This document shows, in pieces, positions 20,143 through 20,509 of a stretch of 20,509 bases of DNA. This DNA is from Psammoneis japonica (lineage: Eukaryota), in NCBI GenBank assembly GCA_008632985.1, contig QPGO01000114.1:248001-268509 (forward strand), read 5' to 3'. The notes under the pieces are model-generated. The model was given only the letters and a program-made list of their open reading frames with translations. It had not been told where the DNA came from and did not search any database. Each line of letters starts with the position of its first letter. Position 1 is the stretch's first letter. A program made the translations under genes and the position numbers.

Positions 20143-20361
20143 AAAATCTGAAAATTAAAATTCCATGAGTGCACCAATTTTGATGCTGGAAGAGAATCCT
20201 GCAATGTCTCAGTTGACGAAAACTGCCGACTGAGACAGGTGACCGAAAATCTTGCAGAAATCCATAAAACAGGATTCCATTTTTTTTTCTTGTATGTGGC
20301 CACGAGCGTTTTGGAGTTTCGTGATCACTTCTCACTTCTTCTCTGCTCTGCTCTCTAAACC

Positions 20362-20509
20362 ATGAGTGCAAACAACCAAAACGCCGTCCCCGCCGATGTG
20401 GTCGTCCCTGGCCCTCCTGACGCTGTGGTCGTCCCTGGCCCTCCTGATGCTGCCCAGCGCGAAGAGTCCGCCAGCATTGCCGGCTTCAGCGCTGCCTTTT
20501 TCGATGCGT
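20362..20509 (+). CDS. 5' end of a putative ORF running off the window (MSANNQNAVPADVVVPGPPDAVVVPGPPDAA...)
   Basis: ATG in AAACCATG context; frame open to the window end; in-frame 27-bp tandem duplication (VVVPGPPDA x2). Confidence 0.45.
   Translation, partial: MSANNQNAVPADVVVPGPPDAVVVPGPPDAAQREESASIAGFSAAFFDA

Overview
Eukaryotic, repeat-rich window. Short GT-AG introns, gene content and moderate GC suggest a diatom or other stramenopile (inference). Layout: (1) 1-~4950 and 16501-~18340 are decayed TE-like relics almost devoid of the dinucleotide TpA, poor in CpG and rich in TpG/CpA. Copies of a repeat at 18254-18600 differ directly by TA/CA and CG/TG swaps, which points to a repeat-targeted hypermutation process running opposite to fungal RIP. 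(2) 5440-13110 is a cluster of indel-disrupted gene copies: DNA polymerase epsilon, organellar-type ThrRS, tandem lamin-tail domains and a CinA/PncC-NudC fusion. It surrounds one intact tail-anchored group I truncated hemoglobin and includes a 2.8 kb element with 44-bp perfect TIRs that carries the ThrRS fragment. (3) A 416-bp foldback element with 143-bp perfect arms (13283-13698). (4) A young 2.46 kb element (13752-16216) with ~131-bp TIRs, a candidate ATTT TSD and two intact convergent ORFs, each starting 221 bp from an end, with no recognisable transposase. (5) Decayed tandem repeats and a helically phased TCTCAG array upstream of an ORF that runs off the right edge. All homology calls come from remembered motifs, not database searches.
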